Position numbers and translations under genes: made by a program. A DNA stretch of 64,000 bases, taken from an uncultured Cryomorphaceae bacterium. Its GTDB lineage: Bacteria > Bacteroidota > Bacteroidia > Flavobacteriales_G > Salibacteraceae. The stretch lies in NCBI GenBank assembly GCA_913056155.1, contig CAJXMT010000001.1, positions 2,976-66,975 of the forward strand. The letters run 5' to 3'. The notes under the pieces are model-generated. The model was not told the origin of the DNA, did not search any database, and was given only the letters and a program-made list of their open reading frames with translations. Below, in pieces: positions 17,688 to 27,286 of the stretch (positions are counted from its first letter, which is position 1; each line of letters opens with the position of its first letter).

Positions 17688-19229
17688 ATGAGCAATTCAA
17701 AAATCACCGAAACACTAAAGGTTTTAGGTGTAAAATCTGAAAATGCCGGTACGCACTCCGGTTCTGACCAATATTCAAAAGGAGAAAAGATCACCTCAAC
17801 CTCACCGGTTGACGGAAGCACTATTGGCAGTGTTACTGCTACTACAGCCGAGGAATATCAAACTGCCGTTTCAAATGCCGAAAAAGCTTTTTTGCAGTGG
17901 CGTTCTTTACCCGCTCCGCAAAGGGGTGAAATCGTTCGCCAATTTGGCGATAAATTACGTGAGAATAAAGAAGCATTAGGCCGCTTGGTTTCTTTTGAAA
18001 TGGGAAAATCACTTCAAGAGGGTTACGGCGAGGTGCAGGAAATGATTGACATTTGTGATTTTGCCGTGGGTTTATCACGTCAACTTTACGGTCTCACCAT
18101 AAAATCAGAGCGCCCTCAGCATCACATGCAGGAACAATGGCATCCGTTGGGCATTGTAGGAATTATCTCCGCTTTTAACTTCCCGGTTGCCGTTTGGGCC
18201 TGGAATACAGCTATAGCTTGGGTTTGCGGTGATGTGTGCATTTGGAAACCCTCTGAAAAAACTCCACTTACCGGAGTGGCTTGCCAAAACATAATTACAG
18301 CCGTTTTGCAAGAAAATAATATGCCTACAGCTGTTTCAACCTTAATAAACGGAGATCGTCACGTGGGAGAACTCATGACACAAGACGACAAAGTGCGCTT
18401 GGTAAGCGCCACCGGGAGCATCAGAATGGGCAAACAAGTGGCACAAACAGTGGGCGCTCGACTGGGCAAAACCATTTTGGAGTTGGGCGGTAATAATGCA
18501 CTAATTGTCACTCCCGATGCTGATTTAAATATGACTTTGGTGGGCGCCGTATTCGGCGCAGTAGGCACGGCCGGCCAACGGTGCACCTCAACGCGCAGAC
18601 TCATTGTACACGACAGCATTTACGATAAAGTCAAAGACACATTGATAAATGCTTACAAGCAATTGAAAATCGGTGATCCGTTAGATGAGAGCAATCATGT
18701 AGGTCCCGTTATTGACCGCGATGCAGTGAATAACTACCAAGCCGCCTTGAAAAAAGCTGTGGAAGAAGGCGGTAAAATTATTGTTGAAGGCGGAGTATTG
18801 GAAGGCGCCGGATACGAAAGCGGTTGCTACGTAAAACCGGCTGTGGTGGAAGCCGAGAACTCTTTTGAAATAGTTCAAGAAGAAACATTTGCTCCCATTT
18901 TATACTTAATCAAATACACGGGCGATGTAAACGATGCACTTGACCTTCAAAATGGTGTGAAGCAAGGACTTTCATCGGCCATTATGACCAATAACATGAG
19001 AGAGGCGCATACCTTTTTATCCGAGACAGGATCGGACTGTGGAATTGCCAACGTAAATATAGGTACCTCAGGTGCTGAAATAGGCGGTGCATTCGGCGGT
19101 GAAAAAGAAACCGGTGGCGGTCGTGAGTCGGGCTCTGACGCTTGGAAAGCCTACATGCGCCGACAAACCAACACGCTCAACTATTCAACTGAAATTCCAC
19201 TGGCTCAGGGAATCAAGTTCAAAATTTAA
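17688..19229 (+). CDS. aldehyde dehydrogenase family protein (ALDH7 / aminoadipate-semialdehyde dehydrogenase-like)
   Basis: 513 aa with ELGGNNA and GQRCTSTRR catalytic motifs. Confidence 0.85.
   Translation: MSNSKITETLKVLGVKSENAGTHSGSDQYSKGEKITSTSPVDGSTIGSVTATTAEEYQTAVSNAEKAFLQWRSLPAPQRGEIVRQFGDKLRENKEALGRLVSFEMGKSLQEGYGEVQEMIDICDFAVGLSRQLYGLTIKSERPQHHMQEQWHPLGIVGIISAFNFPVAVWAWNTAIAWVCGDVCIWKPSEKTPLTGVACQNIITAVLQENNMPTAVSTLINGDRHVGELMTQDDKVRLVSATGSIRMGKQVAQTVGARLGKTILELGGNNALIVTPDADLNMTLVGAVFGAVGTAGQRCTSTRRLIVHDSIYDKVKDTLINAYKQLKIGDPLDESNHVGPVIDRDAVNNYQAALKKAVEEGGKIIVEGGVLEGAGYESGCYVKPAVVEAENSFEIVQEETFAPILYLIKYTGDVNDALDLQNGVKQGLSSAIMTNNMREAHTFLSETGSDCGIANVNIGTSGAEIGGAFGGEKETGGGRESGSDAWKAYMRRQTNTLNYSTEIPLAQGIKFKI
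17760..17773 (-). repeat. iterated 14-mer, 13/14 copy inside the ALDH CDS
   Basis: The plus strand reads GGTTCTGACCAATA, encoding G-S-D-Q. Confidence 0.7.
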
Positions 19230-19250
19230 ACTGCACAAACCTAACCGTGC

Positions 19251-19285
19251 AAGCCCTTGAAGCATTCGTTTCAAGGGCTTTTTTA
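19251..19285 (+). terminator. intrinsic terminator after the ALDH gene
   Basis: AAGCCCTTGAA...TTCAAGGGCTT stem followed by TTTTTT. Confidence 0.75.
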
Positions 19286-19484
19286 TGCATTATTGATTTA
19301 CCCTCTCGCTGAAGGGCGAAAAATTAAAATGTCGCTTTGGCTGCTTATAAATTAATCCTTAGGCATGAAAACCGCCAAAATACTTAGACGCGAAGCAAAA
19401 ACCTCCTCTCCAAAAACATGGTCCGCAAATAAATGCAAACGCAACAACGGTCAAGAGTTCATTCGCACCATGCCTGTAAATCAT

Positions 19485-19492
19485 TACCTTTG
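19485..19492 (+). promoter_or_regulatory. Bacteroidota -7 box TACCTTTG
   Basis: Ends 31 nt upstream of the ATG at 19523. Supports the shorter pepA start. Confidence 0.45.
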
Positions 19493-19522
19493 CGAAGTCA
19501 AATTCAAAATAATAGAATTCTA

Positions 19523-20944
19523 ATGGTAACACTCAACAGCTCAAAAACAAGCAATTCCAAAATATACTTTGGCAGGAAATCCTCTGATTTCACTTCACTT
19601 TTGCCGAAAAAGCTTTCCCGGCATATTTCTTTCAGAACCCAAACCGACCGGGAGGGATTAGTCTTGATTCCCGAAGACGAACATGTAACGGGTTGCGCTT
19701 GGTACAATTATCAAAAAGCGAGTACAAACGGCGAGTTGTATGAGGAAGCGCGAAAGGCAGGCAGTCAAGTTCTTAAAGCCGCCAAAGAGAACCGATTGAA
19801 AGATGCTGAAATCATACCGGCCAAAGCGGTTTCAAAACAAGAAATCACGGCCTTTATTGAAGGTATGATTTTAGAGAATTACGAATTTATCAAATACAAG
19901 TCAAAACCTGAAAGTACACCGTTTAAGTCACTTTCGGTTACGAGTGATCTCATTTCACCTGCCGATTTAACGGAGCTTACCCACACCTTAGAAGGTGTTT
20001 TTTTAGCTCGCGACTTGGTTAATGAGCCTGTGATTACGCTCAATGCGGAGGAACTCAGCAAGAGAATGAAAGAAGCCGGTTCTGAAGCCGGTTTTTCGGT
20101 TACGGTTCTGACCAAAAAGGAAATTGAAAAATACAAAATGGGCGGCTTGCTGGGAGTGAATTTGGGAAGTATTGATGATCCCACTTTTAATATTATGGAA
20201 TACAAATCTCCCGAGGCCAAAAACAAAAAACCCATTGTACTGGTGGGTAAAGGAATTGTATATGATACGGGCGGTAACAACATCAAAACCGCCGGCCACA
20301 TGAGCCACATGAAAAGTGATATGGGCGGTGCCGCAGCTGTAACCGGCATTATTTACGCCGCAGCTAAAAACAAACTCCCCATTCATTTGGTAGCCTTGGT
20401 TCCCGCAACGGATAACCGAATTGATAAAAATGCGTTGGTTCCGGATGATATCATCACCATTAGTGACGGCACTACCGTTGAAATTCAAAACACCGATGCC
20501 GAGGGGAGATTGGTACTGGCGGATGCACTGGTTTATGCTCGTAAATACAATCCCGAGTTAGTTCTTGACTTTGCCACCCTCACCGGTGCAGCGGCGGCTG
20601 TAACGGGATCATTTGGTTTGGGAATGATGGGAACGGCTGATGCCGAAACAAAAAATAAGGTAAAATCTTGCGGTGACAATGTTTATGAAAGGTGTGCCGA
20701 GTTCCCGTTTTGGAAAGAATACTCAGAATTATTGAAATCGGAAATTGCAGACATTAAAAATATTGGCGGCCCCATTGGCGGGGGAACAGCTGCCGGTAAA
20801 TTTTTAGAGCACTTTGTGCGTTACCCTTGGATTCATTTTGACATTGCCGGCCCGGCATTTGTAAAAAAAGCCGAGCCTTACAAGCCCGTTGGAGGAACAG
20901 GTGTTGGTGTGCGTTTGATTTATGAATACCTCAAGCAGTTGTAG
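19523..20944 (+). CDS. pepA: leucyl aminopeptidase (M17 family)
   Basis: VGKGIVYDTGG, NTDAEGRLVLAD and the C-terminal catalytic domain. The start was moved to M31 of the tracked ORF because the first 30 aa look non-coding and the -7 box lies inside them. Confidence 0.8.
   Translation: MVTLNSSKTSNSKIYFGRKSSDFTSLLPKKLSRHISFRTQTDREGLVLIPEDEHVTGCAWYNYQKASTNGELYEEARKAGSQVLKAAKENRLKDAEIIPAKAVSKQEITAFIEGMILENYEFIKYKSKPESTPFKSLSVTSDLISPADLTELTHTLEGVFLARDLVNEPVITLNAEELSKRMKEAGSEAGFSVTVLTKKEIEKYKMGGLLGVNLGSIDDPTFNIMEYKSPEAKNKKPIVLVGKGIVYDTGGNNIKTAGHMSHMKSDMGGAAAVTGIIYAAAKNKLPIHLVALVPATDNRIDKNALVPDDIITISDGTTVEIQNTDAEGRLVLADALVYARKYNPELVLDFATLTGAAAAVTGSFGLGMMGTADAETKNKVKSCGDNVYERCAEFPFWKEYSELLKSEIADIKNIGGPIGGGTAAGKFLEHFVRYPWIHFDIAGPAFVKKAEPYKPVGGTGVGVRLIYEYLKQL
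20104..20117 (-). repeat. iterated 14-mer, exact copy inside the pepA CDS
   Basis: The plus strand reads GGTTCTGACCAAAA, encoding V-L-T-K. Confidence 0.9.
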
Positions 20945-20956
20945 GCAAACCCAAAT

Positions 20957-20997
20957 AAAAAAAGGGTCATTTACATGTTTGTAAATGACCCTTTTTT
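20957..20997. terminator. bidirectional terminator between pepA and tRNA-Ala
   Basis: A7-GGGTCATTTAC-atgttt-GTAAATGACCC-T6. Confidence 0.8.
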
Positions 20998-20998
20998 G

Positions 20999-21072
20999 TG
21001 GAGCATAACGGATTCGAACCGTTGACCTCTACACTGCCAGTGTAGCGCTCTAGCCAACTGAGCTAATGCCCC
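20999..21072 (-). tRNA. tRNA-Ala (anticodon GGC)
   Basis: I folded the cloverleaf by hand: acceptor GGGGCAT/ATGCTCC with G3:U70, anticodon loop CTGGCAG, T-loop TTCGAAT. CCA is not encoded. Confidence 0.9.
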
Positions 21073-21109
21073 GTTTTTGAGAGGTGCAAATGTAAACCAA
21101 ATTTACTTT

Positions 21110-23785
21110 TCACAAAGCCTTCTCATAATTCTGTTTGAAAAAGTTGAGGTATGCGGCAATGTCCTTTTCTTTGTATAACGTGGCATAATTGGAATATGAA
21201 ATCACAAATCTCATGAATTCACCTTCATTAATATCTTTCACCTCACCTTTACTTTTAGAAAATGTGCGGTAGTAATTCATCGCTTTATCTTCATCGCTAA
21301 AGTCTTTTACACTTACCATTTGTAATTCTTCATTAAACTGAATGGGTGATAGCTGTAAGTTTTTAGTACGGTAGTTTTTCCTGTTAAAATTAGAAATACC
21401 CATACGCAACGAGCGTGTATTCACTCTACCGTCTGCCGGTAACATGACAATAAACAAGTGCCGTTCCTCACTGTCATACTCATAAGGCGACTCCTCCGGT
21501 GCGGGCGCATTTTCTTTCTTTTCCCGTTTTTCTACAGCCTGTATGGCGTCTAAATAAGCTTGAGCTTCATTGCTGATTTCTTTATCAATGGAGTCATTTT
21601 TATTTTTTACGGTTTGCAACTCCATGATCATAGCGTCTCGACCTTGTTCTTTACCAACGGAAAGGGCATAAATCAATTCAAACTTGGGTCCAAAATCGGT
21701 TTCACCGTACTTTTCCATTCCCTCGCGAGCACTTTCAATTGTAACGGCGTAAAACTCCTTCTTAAAATAAGCATACGTTTTCTCGTAGTGTGCTTTTGCC
21801 TCTTTGGTTAACTCACCTTCTCGCTCAAGGAATGAGGGGTCTTGTATGATTTTGGCATAATCAGAGTCGGGGAATTCATTCAGCACCTTGTTTTTATAGT
21901 ATTCGGCACGACTTGAGTTATCTATTTCATCATTCATGCGGTATAAACGGTAATAGGTACTCACCAAATTCATATGCTCGGGAAAACGATTATTGAGCTC
22001 TTCAAAAGTTTCAATGGACTTTTGATGATCGTCGAGTTTTTCACGATACACAATTCCCTTTTGATAATAAGCTTCCATGATCATGGTATCAGATTTTGCC
22101 TTTTTTTCCTCAGTAAGCGGCAAATCCTTCAAGTAATAACTGTACTCACGCCAATCATTTGACACCTCAATGGTATCCCCGCTTTCATCTACGATAAAGC
22201 CCGCGGTATCATCTGCAGCGGCATTTAAATCCTCCAAGTTTTGAACTTGTCTTTTATCACTTCGCCGCCAATCGTCTTCATTTTGTCGAGTGCCCCAGAT
22301 TCGCTTAAACTCAGCCTCACCGGAGGATACAGTTTGCGGATTGTAAAAGTACCATTTTCTGTTTCCGCCGCCCATTCCGGGCAATTGCGCCATTCCGTCG
22401 CCTTCATCCAAACCCATTTCCCTTCGGAACTCGGCAGCTTCTAAAGCTTCTTGTTCTTTACGTTCACGGTCTATGCGTTCTTGAATCACCTCATCAAAAA
22501 TCCTTTCTCGTTCTTTAGGGGGAATGTCTGCTAATCGCTGTAAACTATCCTGTTCCGCAATGACTTTGATGTGCTTCACCAGCTCTGTTAAATTCTCGGC
22601 TAACTTCACCAGCTCCTCATAGCGCTCGTGTTCAGGATCTAAAAATTGAACAGTGCTGTCATAGTACATTTGAGCCGGCTCATAAGAAGGTTCGGCGAAG
22701 TAAATATCAGCCAATTTCAAAAACGAGCGCCCCTTTTGTTTGGTATCGCCCATACTTGCGGCCGTTGATTTTTTGAGTTTCTCTTTGGCCTCTTCCAAAT
22801 TACCCTCGGCGTAGTCCATCTCAGCCAATGCGTAATAAATACGATCTCGAAACTCAATGTATTTTTCATCATTGAGCATATCCATCAATTCTTCACGTAC
22901 TTTACCTCCGCCGCCTGCTCCGTCATAACACATGGCACGCTCAATTCGGGCAAAAAACACCTGCCTGTAATTCAAGTTTATGTCTACCACTTTCGTAAAC
23001 TCACGACTTGCATTGTCATACTCCCCCATCTCCTTATACATTTGCCCCATAAGGAAAATCAGTCTTGATTTTACACGTTTTTTACGCGTTTCATCAATGG
23101 CCAACCTCAGCTCAGGCAACGCCAGCGGATAATTCTTTTGCCTGATGAATAAATCTGCGGTGATGAGTCGGGCCATTGTTATATACTCTTCTTCAACCCC
23201 CTCCTCGGCCTCTAATAAGCGTAAAACGCGCTCTGCCTTTTCGTGATCTTCGCGTTCCAGATGCGTTCTTGCCAGCCAAACCATCGCCGGTTTTGCGGAG
23301 TTTTTATCTTTAAACTTCTTGGAAACAAACTCGAAAAACTTTTTGGCTTCTAAAAATTCACCCTTGTAAAAATTGGCTTTACCCATTAAAAAATAGCAGT
23401 CATCAATCCACTCAACGTGCTCTTTTCCCCGCCGTTCAATGGAGTGCAAATTAATGACGCGGGTACATTTTTCAATTACGGTTTCCATGTTGCTCAGCAT
23501 GAATTCGCGATTTTCTTCTACTGAGCTTTTAAAAACGGGCAACATTAGATCATAGTCATCCTCAACCTCTTTTTCAATTTCCAATTCATCAAATTTGATG
23601 ATTTCCTTGGAATTGAAGTAACCGTTAAATCGCGAATTCAAATTGTGGTAGGTCCTGTGAGCCCACCCCGTTTTTTGCGTGGAACAGCCTTCAATAATGA
23701 GCAACACCGTAAGGGTTCCGACCATTATAAAAAACAGGGGATATGCTATTTTGAATTTATTTAAAACCACGTATTTCGAAATCAA
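21110..23785 (-). CDS. sprE: TPR-repeat lipoprotein, SprE/PorW-like T9SS/gliding component
   Basis: 891 aa. Lipoprotein Cys (IIEGCS) followed by TGWAHRTYHNLNSRFNGYFN, then multiple TPR units. The assignment is by family resemblance only. Confidence 0.55.
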   Translation of the reverse strand: MISKYVVLNKFKIAYPLFFIMVGTLTVLLIIEGCSTQKTGWAHRTYHNLNSRFNGYFNSKEIIKFDELEIEKEVEDDYDLMLPVFKSSVEENREFMLSNMETVIEKCTRVINLHSIERRGKEHVEWIDDCYFLMGKANFYKGEFLEAKKFFEFVSKKFKDKNSAKPAMVWLARTHLEREDHEKAERVLRLLEAEEGVEEEYITMARLITADLFIRQKNYPLALPELRLAIDETRKKRVKSRLIFLMGQMYKEMGEYDNASREFTKVVDINLNYRQVFFARIERAMCYDGAGGGGKVREELMDMLNDEKYIEFRDRIYYALAEMDYAEGNLEEAKEKLKKSTAASMGDTKQKGRSFLKLADIYFAEPSYEPAQMYYDSTVQFLDPEHERYEELVKLAENLTELVKHIKVIAEQDSLQRLADIPPKERERIFDEVIQERIDRERKEQEALEAAEFRREMGLDEGDGMAQLPGMGGGNRKWYFYNPQTVSSGEAEFKRIWGTRQNEDDWRRSDKRQVQNLEDLNAAADDTAGFIVDESGDTIEVSNDWREYSYYLKDLPLTEEKKAKSDTMIMEAYYQKGIVYREKLDDHQKSIETFEELNNRFPEHMNLVSTYYRLYRMNDEIDNSSRAEYYKNKVLNEFPDSDYAKIIQDPSFLEREGELTKEAKAHYEKTYAYFKKEFYAVTIESAREGMEKYGETDFGPKFELIYALSVGKEQGRDAMIMELQTVKNKNDSIDKEISNEAQAYLDAIQAVEKREKKENAPAPEESPYEYDSEERHLFIVMLPADGRVNTRSLRMGISNFNRKNYRTKNLQLSPIQFNEELQMVSVKDFSDEDKAMNYYRTFSKSKGEVKDINEGEFMRFVISYSNYATLYKEKDIAAYLNFFKQNYEKAL

Positions 23786-23897
23786 TCACCTATAACGTTA
23801 AAAAGCGCTTTTTAGTGCTCAAAAAAAGATTTTACTTGATATGCAGGCAAAAGTACAAACTGTGGCGAGGTATTCTTTTTCTTAAAGCCGTTTATTT

Positions 23898-23911
23898 TTT
23901 AGGTCAGAACC
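23898..23911 (+). repeat. iterated 14-mer, 13/14 copy (TTTAGGTCAGAACC), intergenic
   Basis: Read directly. Lies 45 nt upstream of the TM2 gene start. Confidence 0.75.
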
Positions 23912-23922
23912 GGTCTTTGGCG

Positions 23923-23930
23923 TAATTTTG
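23923..23930 (+). promoter_or_regulatory. Bacteroidota -7 box TAATTTTG
   Basis: Ends 26 nt upstream of the GTG at 23956. Confidence 0.4.
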
Positions 23931-23955
23931 ACGGCTCAACACCGAAAACTACGCT

Positions 23956-24402
23956 GTGCGGCAATCCCTGTTTTACGCTTTATTTTTCAGCTTATCCATT
24001 TTTGCAAATACACTCCGCGCGGGAAGTGACAGCACTACCATTTCATTTGAAAATATGAAAACCCGCCACGAACAATTACACCTCGAGGGGAAGTTAAATC
24101 AGCACGCTGAACAACCCGATATCATCGAGCGTTTTTTATACGGTAAAGCGGGAAACCATGAAGATGCAAAAGTAAGAAAGTTGCCCGCAGTGCTCATCAC
24201 TATTTTTTTGGGTCCGTTTGGCGGTCACCGCATTTATTTAGGTACAGATGTAAAAGTGCCCATTATTTACACACTTACTTTAGGAGGCGGCTTAGGTATT
24301 TTGCCTTTGTGTGATATTGTGGCCATTTTAGTGCATGAAAACTTGAACGATTACGCCGAAAACTCTCAAATAATTATGTGGATAAGCGGCGCTTCTAAAT
24401 AA
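23956..24402 (+). CDS. TM2 domain-containing membrane protein
   Basis: The FLGPFGGHRIYLG motif is typical of TM2 domains. Confidence 0.7.
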   Translation: MRQSLFYALFFSLSIFANTLRAGSDSTTISFENMKTRHEQLHLEGKLNQHAEQPDIIERFLYGKAGNHEDAKVRKLPAVLITIFLGPFGGHRIYLGTDVKVPIIYTLTLGGGLGILPLCDIVAILVHENLNDYAENSQIIMWISGASK

Positions 24403-24435
24403 CGATTTACCGGCAAAACCGGGTTTAATTTCAAC

Positions 24436-24443
24436 TACATTTG
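24436..24443 (+). promoter_or_regulatory. Bacteroidota -7 box TACATTTG
   Basis: Ends 26 nt upstream of the ATG at 24469. A second match, TAAATTTG, lies at 24451. Confidence 0.4.
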
Positions 24444-24468
24444 CACTCGCTAAATTTGAAAAATTTTT

Positions 24469-25800
24469 ATGGAAGATATATTGATTAAAGCGGCTCAGTT
24501 AATATTGAGTCTTTCGATTTTGGTTGTACTTCATGAGTTCGGCCACTTTTTACCGGCTAAGTTATTTGGAGTGCGGGTTGAAAAGTTTTACTTGTTTTTT
24601 GATCCCAAATTTTCACTATTCAAAACCAAACACGGCGATACGGAATACGGTGTTGGCTGGCTGCCTTTAGGAGGTTATGTGAAACTTTCGGGCATGATTG
24701 ATGAAAGCATGGACAAAGAACAATTAAGCAAACCTGCCGAGGCTCATGAATTTAGGGCTAAGCCCGCCTGGCAGCGGCTGATTATCATGTTGGGAGGGGT
24801 TGTAGTGAATTTAATTTTGGGCTTTTTAATATACTCAGCCATATTGTTTGTTTGGGGGAAAAGCTACTTGAGTGCGGCAGATGCAAAATACGGTGTTCAT
24901 GTGAGTCAAACTGCCGGTGAAGCCGGATTTAAAGACGGCGACCAAATCATTGCACTCAACGGTGAAAATATTGCTCCTGAATATACCTATGCCAAAATTA
25001 CGCAAGAATTACTACTCAATGATAACCTCAAAGAAGTGAGTGTACTCAACAACGGTAAAAAAAGAACCATTTCATTACCTGAAGATTTTGCTTTGCGCGT
25101 TGTGGGTGCTCGCGAGGGCGGCATGTTTGCGCCCCGCGTTCCTTTTATTGCCGATACTGTATTGAAAGACAGCCCGGCGCTTGAGGCCGGTATAAAAAAA
25201 GGAGATCGATTTGTAACAGTAAACGGTGATACTACCCTGTATTTTCAAGATTTCGTCAAGGTAGTCAAAAACAGCCCAAACGAAACAGTGACTATCGGCG
25301 TAAAACGTGAAGGAAATTATCGTGAGCTTCCCATAAAGGTGAGTGAAGAAGGAACAATCGGCGTAGGCAACAAATCTCCCTCTCAATACTTTGAGTTTAC
25401 ACGAAAAAAGTACGGTTTTTTTGAAGCCATTCCCGCAGGTTTTAATGAGGCCGCCGGCACCATTACCATGTACATCGATCAATTTAAGTTGGTTTTTACA
25501 AAAGAAGGAGCAAGCCAATTGGGCGGTTTTGGAACTATTGGGAACTTGTTCCCGAGCACCTGGAACTGGCAAATGTTTTGGAGCATGACGGCTTTTTTAT
25601 CACTCATTTTGGCTGTAATGAATATTTTACCCATTCCGGCACTTGACGGCGGGCACGTGATGTTTTTATTGTATGAAATCATCAGCGGCCGTAAACCGGG
25701 TGAAAAATTCATGGAATACGCCCAAATCACCGGCATGGTTATCTTGCTGGGTTTGTTACTATGGGCAAACGGGAACGACATCTTCAGGGCGTTTCAATAA
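24469..25800 (+). CDS. rseP: RIP metalloprotease RseP (site-2 protease)
   Basis: HEFGHF zinc motif, PDZ region, and the C-terminal NILPIPALDGG motif. Confidence 0.85.
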   Translation: MEDILIKAAQLILSLSILVVLHEFGHFLPAKLFGVRVEKFYLFFDPKFSLFKTKHGDTEYGVGWLPLGGYVKLSGMIDESMDKEQLSKPAEAHEFRAKPAWQRLIIMLGGVVVNLILGFLIYSAILFVWGKSYLSAADAKYGVHVSQTAGEAGFKDGDQIIALNGENIAPEYTYAKITQELLLNDNLKEVSVLNNGKKRTISLPEDFALRVVGAREGGMFAPRVPFIADTVLKDSPALEAGIKKGDRFVTVNGDTTLYFQDFVKVVKNSPNETVTIGVKREGNYRELPIKVSEEGTIGVGNKSPSQYFEFTRKKYGFFEAIPAGFNEAAGTITMYIDQFKLVFTKEGASQLGGFGTIGNLFPSTWNWQMFWSMTAFLSLILAVMNILPIPALDGGHVMFLLYEIISGRKPGEKFMEYAQITGMVILLGLLLWANGNDIFRAFQ

Positions 25801-25842
25801 GAGTTCCTTTTTTATTACTAAATTGCGCCAAAATTCCTATTT

Positions 25843-26433
25843 ATGGATGATGTAATGCCGGTTGAAATTGAGGGCTTTAGTCAGGTCGAGTACCTGACGG
25901 TTTTCTATACCATTATTTTTGGTGTCATTGCCGCGGAGTATTTCAGCGGTTGGGGCAGCATGTTGCGGCACAGGAAAAACATCAAAATATACTCCATACA
26001 TGTAGTTTGGAGCATTTTCGCCTTTCTAACCCTGATTCAAAACTGGTACGGCATTTGGCCTCGAGTGAAATATATCAATAACAATATACTTTATTTCATA
26101 TTCGGTCTCCTGCCTCTATTCCTTTTTTACTTGATGACGGTTGTGTTGTTCCCCAACATGAAATATGCCGTCGAAACGGACTTTAAAAAGCATTATTTCG
26201 AAAACGCACGGGTGCTTTTCATTCTCTTTGCCATATACCTCGGCATTACCATAACAGGCTCTTACGTATACCGGGATGCGGGCGATGTATTTATGCAAAA
26301 CGTATTGCGCTCCGGCGGTATTGCCTTAGCCCTTACCGGTGCCCTTTATCACCACAAAAAATACTTTCACATCTTCTTTTTAACCTTGATGTTGGGCGGG
26401 CTGGCAGCATTTATACTTGTAATACCAAAATAA
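25843..26433 (+). CDS. hypothetical multi-pass membrane protein
   Basis: 196 aa with 5-6 hydrophobic helices. No family recognised. Confidence 0.5.
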   Translation: MDDVMPVEIEGFSQVEYLTVFYTIIFGVIAAEYFSGWGSMLRHRKNIKIYSIHVVWSIFAFLTLIQNWYGIWPRVKYINNNILYFIFGLLPLFLFYLMTVVLFPNMKYAVETDFKKHYFENARVLFILFAIYLGITITGSYVYRDAGDVFMQNVLRSGGIALALTGALYHHKKYFHIFFLTLMLGGLAAFILVIPK

Positions 26434-26438
26434 AAGCT

Positions 26439-27284
26439 ATGATCAAAAACTTCTTCACCCTTATGTTATGCATGGTTGTGAGCTTTAACGCTGAGGCTCA
26501 AGATGAAACCTACGAGACGCGCACAAATAAAGAACACAAAATAGATTCTGCAGACATGCTGATCGGCGAGGTATATGCCATACCTTTTCAAGACGAACTT
26601 TTCAACTGCATGTTTTCACGGGAAATTATGAGCGAAAACAACGTGGAATTTCACGAGTTGAGATCGCTCATCAAAAATGCCCTTATGAAAAACCTCACGC
26701 ACGCACTCAGCGATTCACTAACAGCTTTATCGTACACCAAAATGCCGGATGCCACCCAAAAACAAAATGATTTTGCCACGGCCAACACCATGTCTTATGT
26801 TTACCGGGAACTGCCCGCCGGCGATCAAGAAGCGGAAAAAAAATCACTGAAAGATCGACTTAAAACAAAGAAGAAACGCAAGAAAAAACAAGAAGGAACC
26901 TATATACAGGACGGACAAATTGTAAGCGAGCGTTCAAAAAGCGAAAAGTTTATGGACGTGGAATTTAAAAATGACGACCTCCTCTTTTTTTTAAAAGAAA
27001 TCCACAAAACACAGTTTATCATTACGATTAACCAGTTTGACATGACCATACCGCCCGGTGCGGGACAACTCCAAATCCAACACGGGAAGTTTGAAAGACA
27101 AATCAGAGCCCACTACTCCATTTTCAATACAGCCGGAGAACACATTCACGGTGGAATTGCCACCGTATCATTTCCGCCCAATGAAAACAACCTCAAAGTA
27201 ATAAACGAAGAGGTTTTAGCCGAATTGACTCGCGGATTATCTGCTACCTTTTATGCTGCAATAAACAAATACCAAAACAAATAA
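26439..27284 (+). CDS. hypothetical secreted protein
   Basis: Signal peptide MIKNFFTLMLCMVVSFNAEA and a K-rich linker. No family recognised. Confidence 0.5.
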   Translation: MIKNFFTLMLCMVVSFNAEAQDETYETRTNKEHKIDSADMLIGEVYAIPFQDELFNCMFSREIMSENNVEFHELRSLIKNALMKNLTHALSDSLTALSYTKMPDATQKQNDFATANTMSYVYRELPAGDQEAEKKSLKDRLKTKKKRKKKQEGTYIQDGQIVSERSKSEKFMDVEFKNDDLLFFLKEIHKTQFIITINQFDMTIPPGAGQLQIQHGKFERQIRAHYSIFNTAGEHIHGGIATVSFPPNENNLKVINEEVLAELTRGLSATFYAAINKYQNK

Positions 27285-27286
27285 CT

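Noticed and set aside
19433-19522. 5' extension of pepA
   Set aside because: The residues are not protein-like, and a TACCTTTG -7 box lies inside the extension, 31 nt before the internal ATG.
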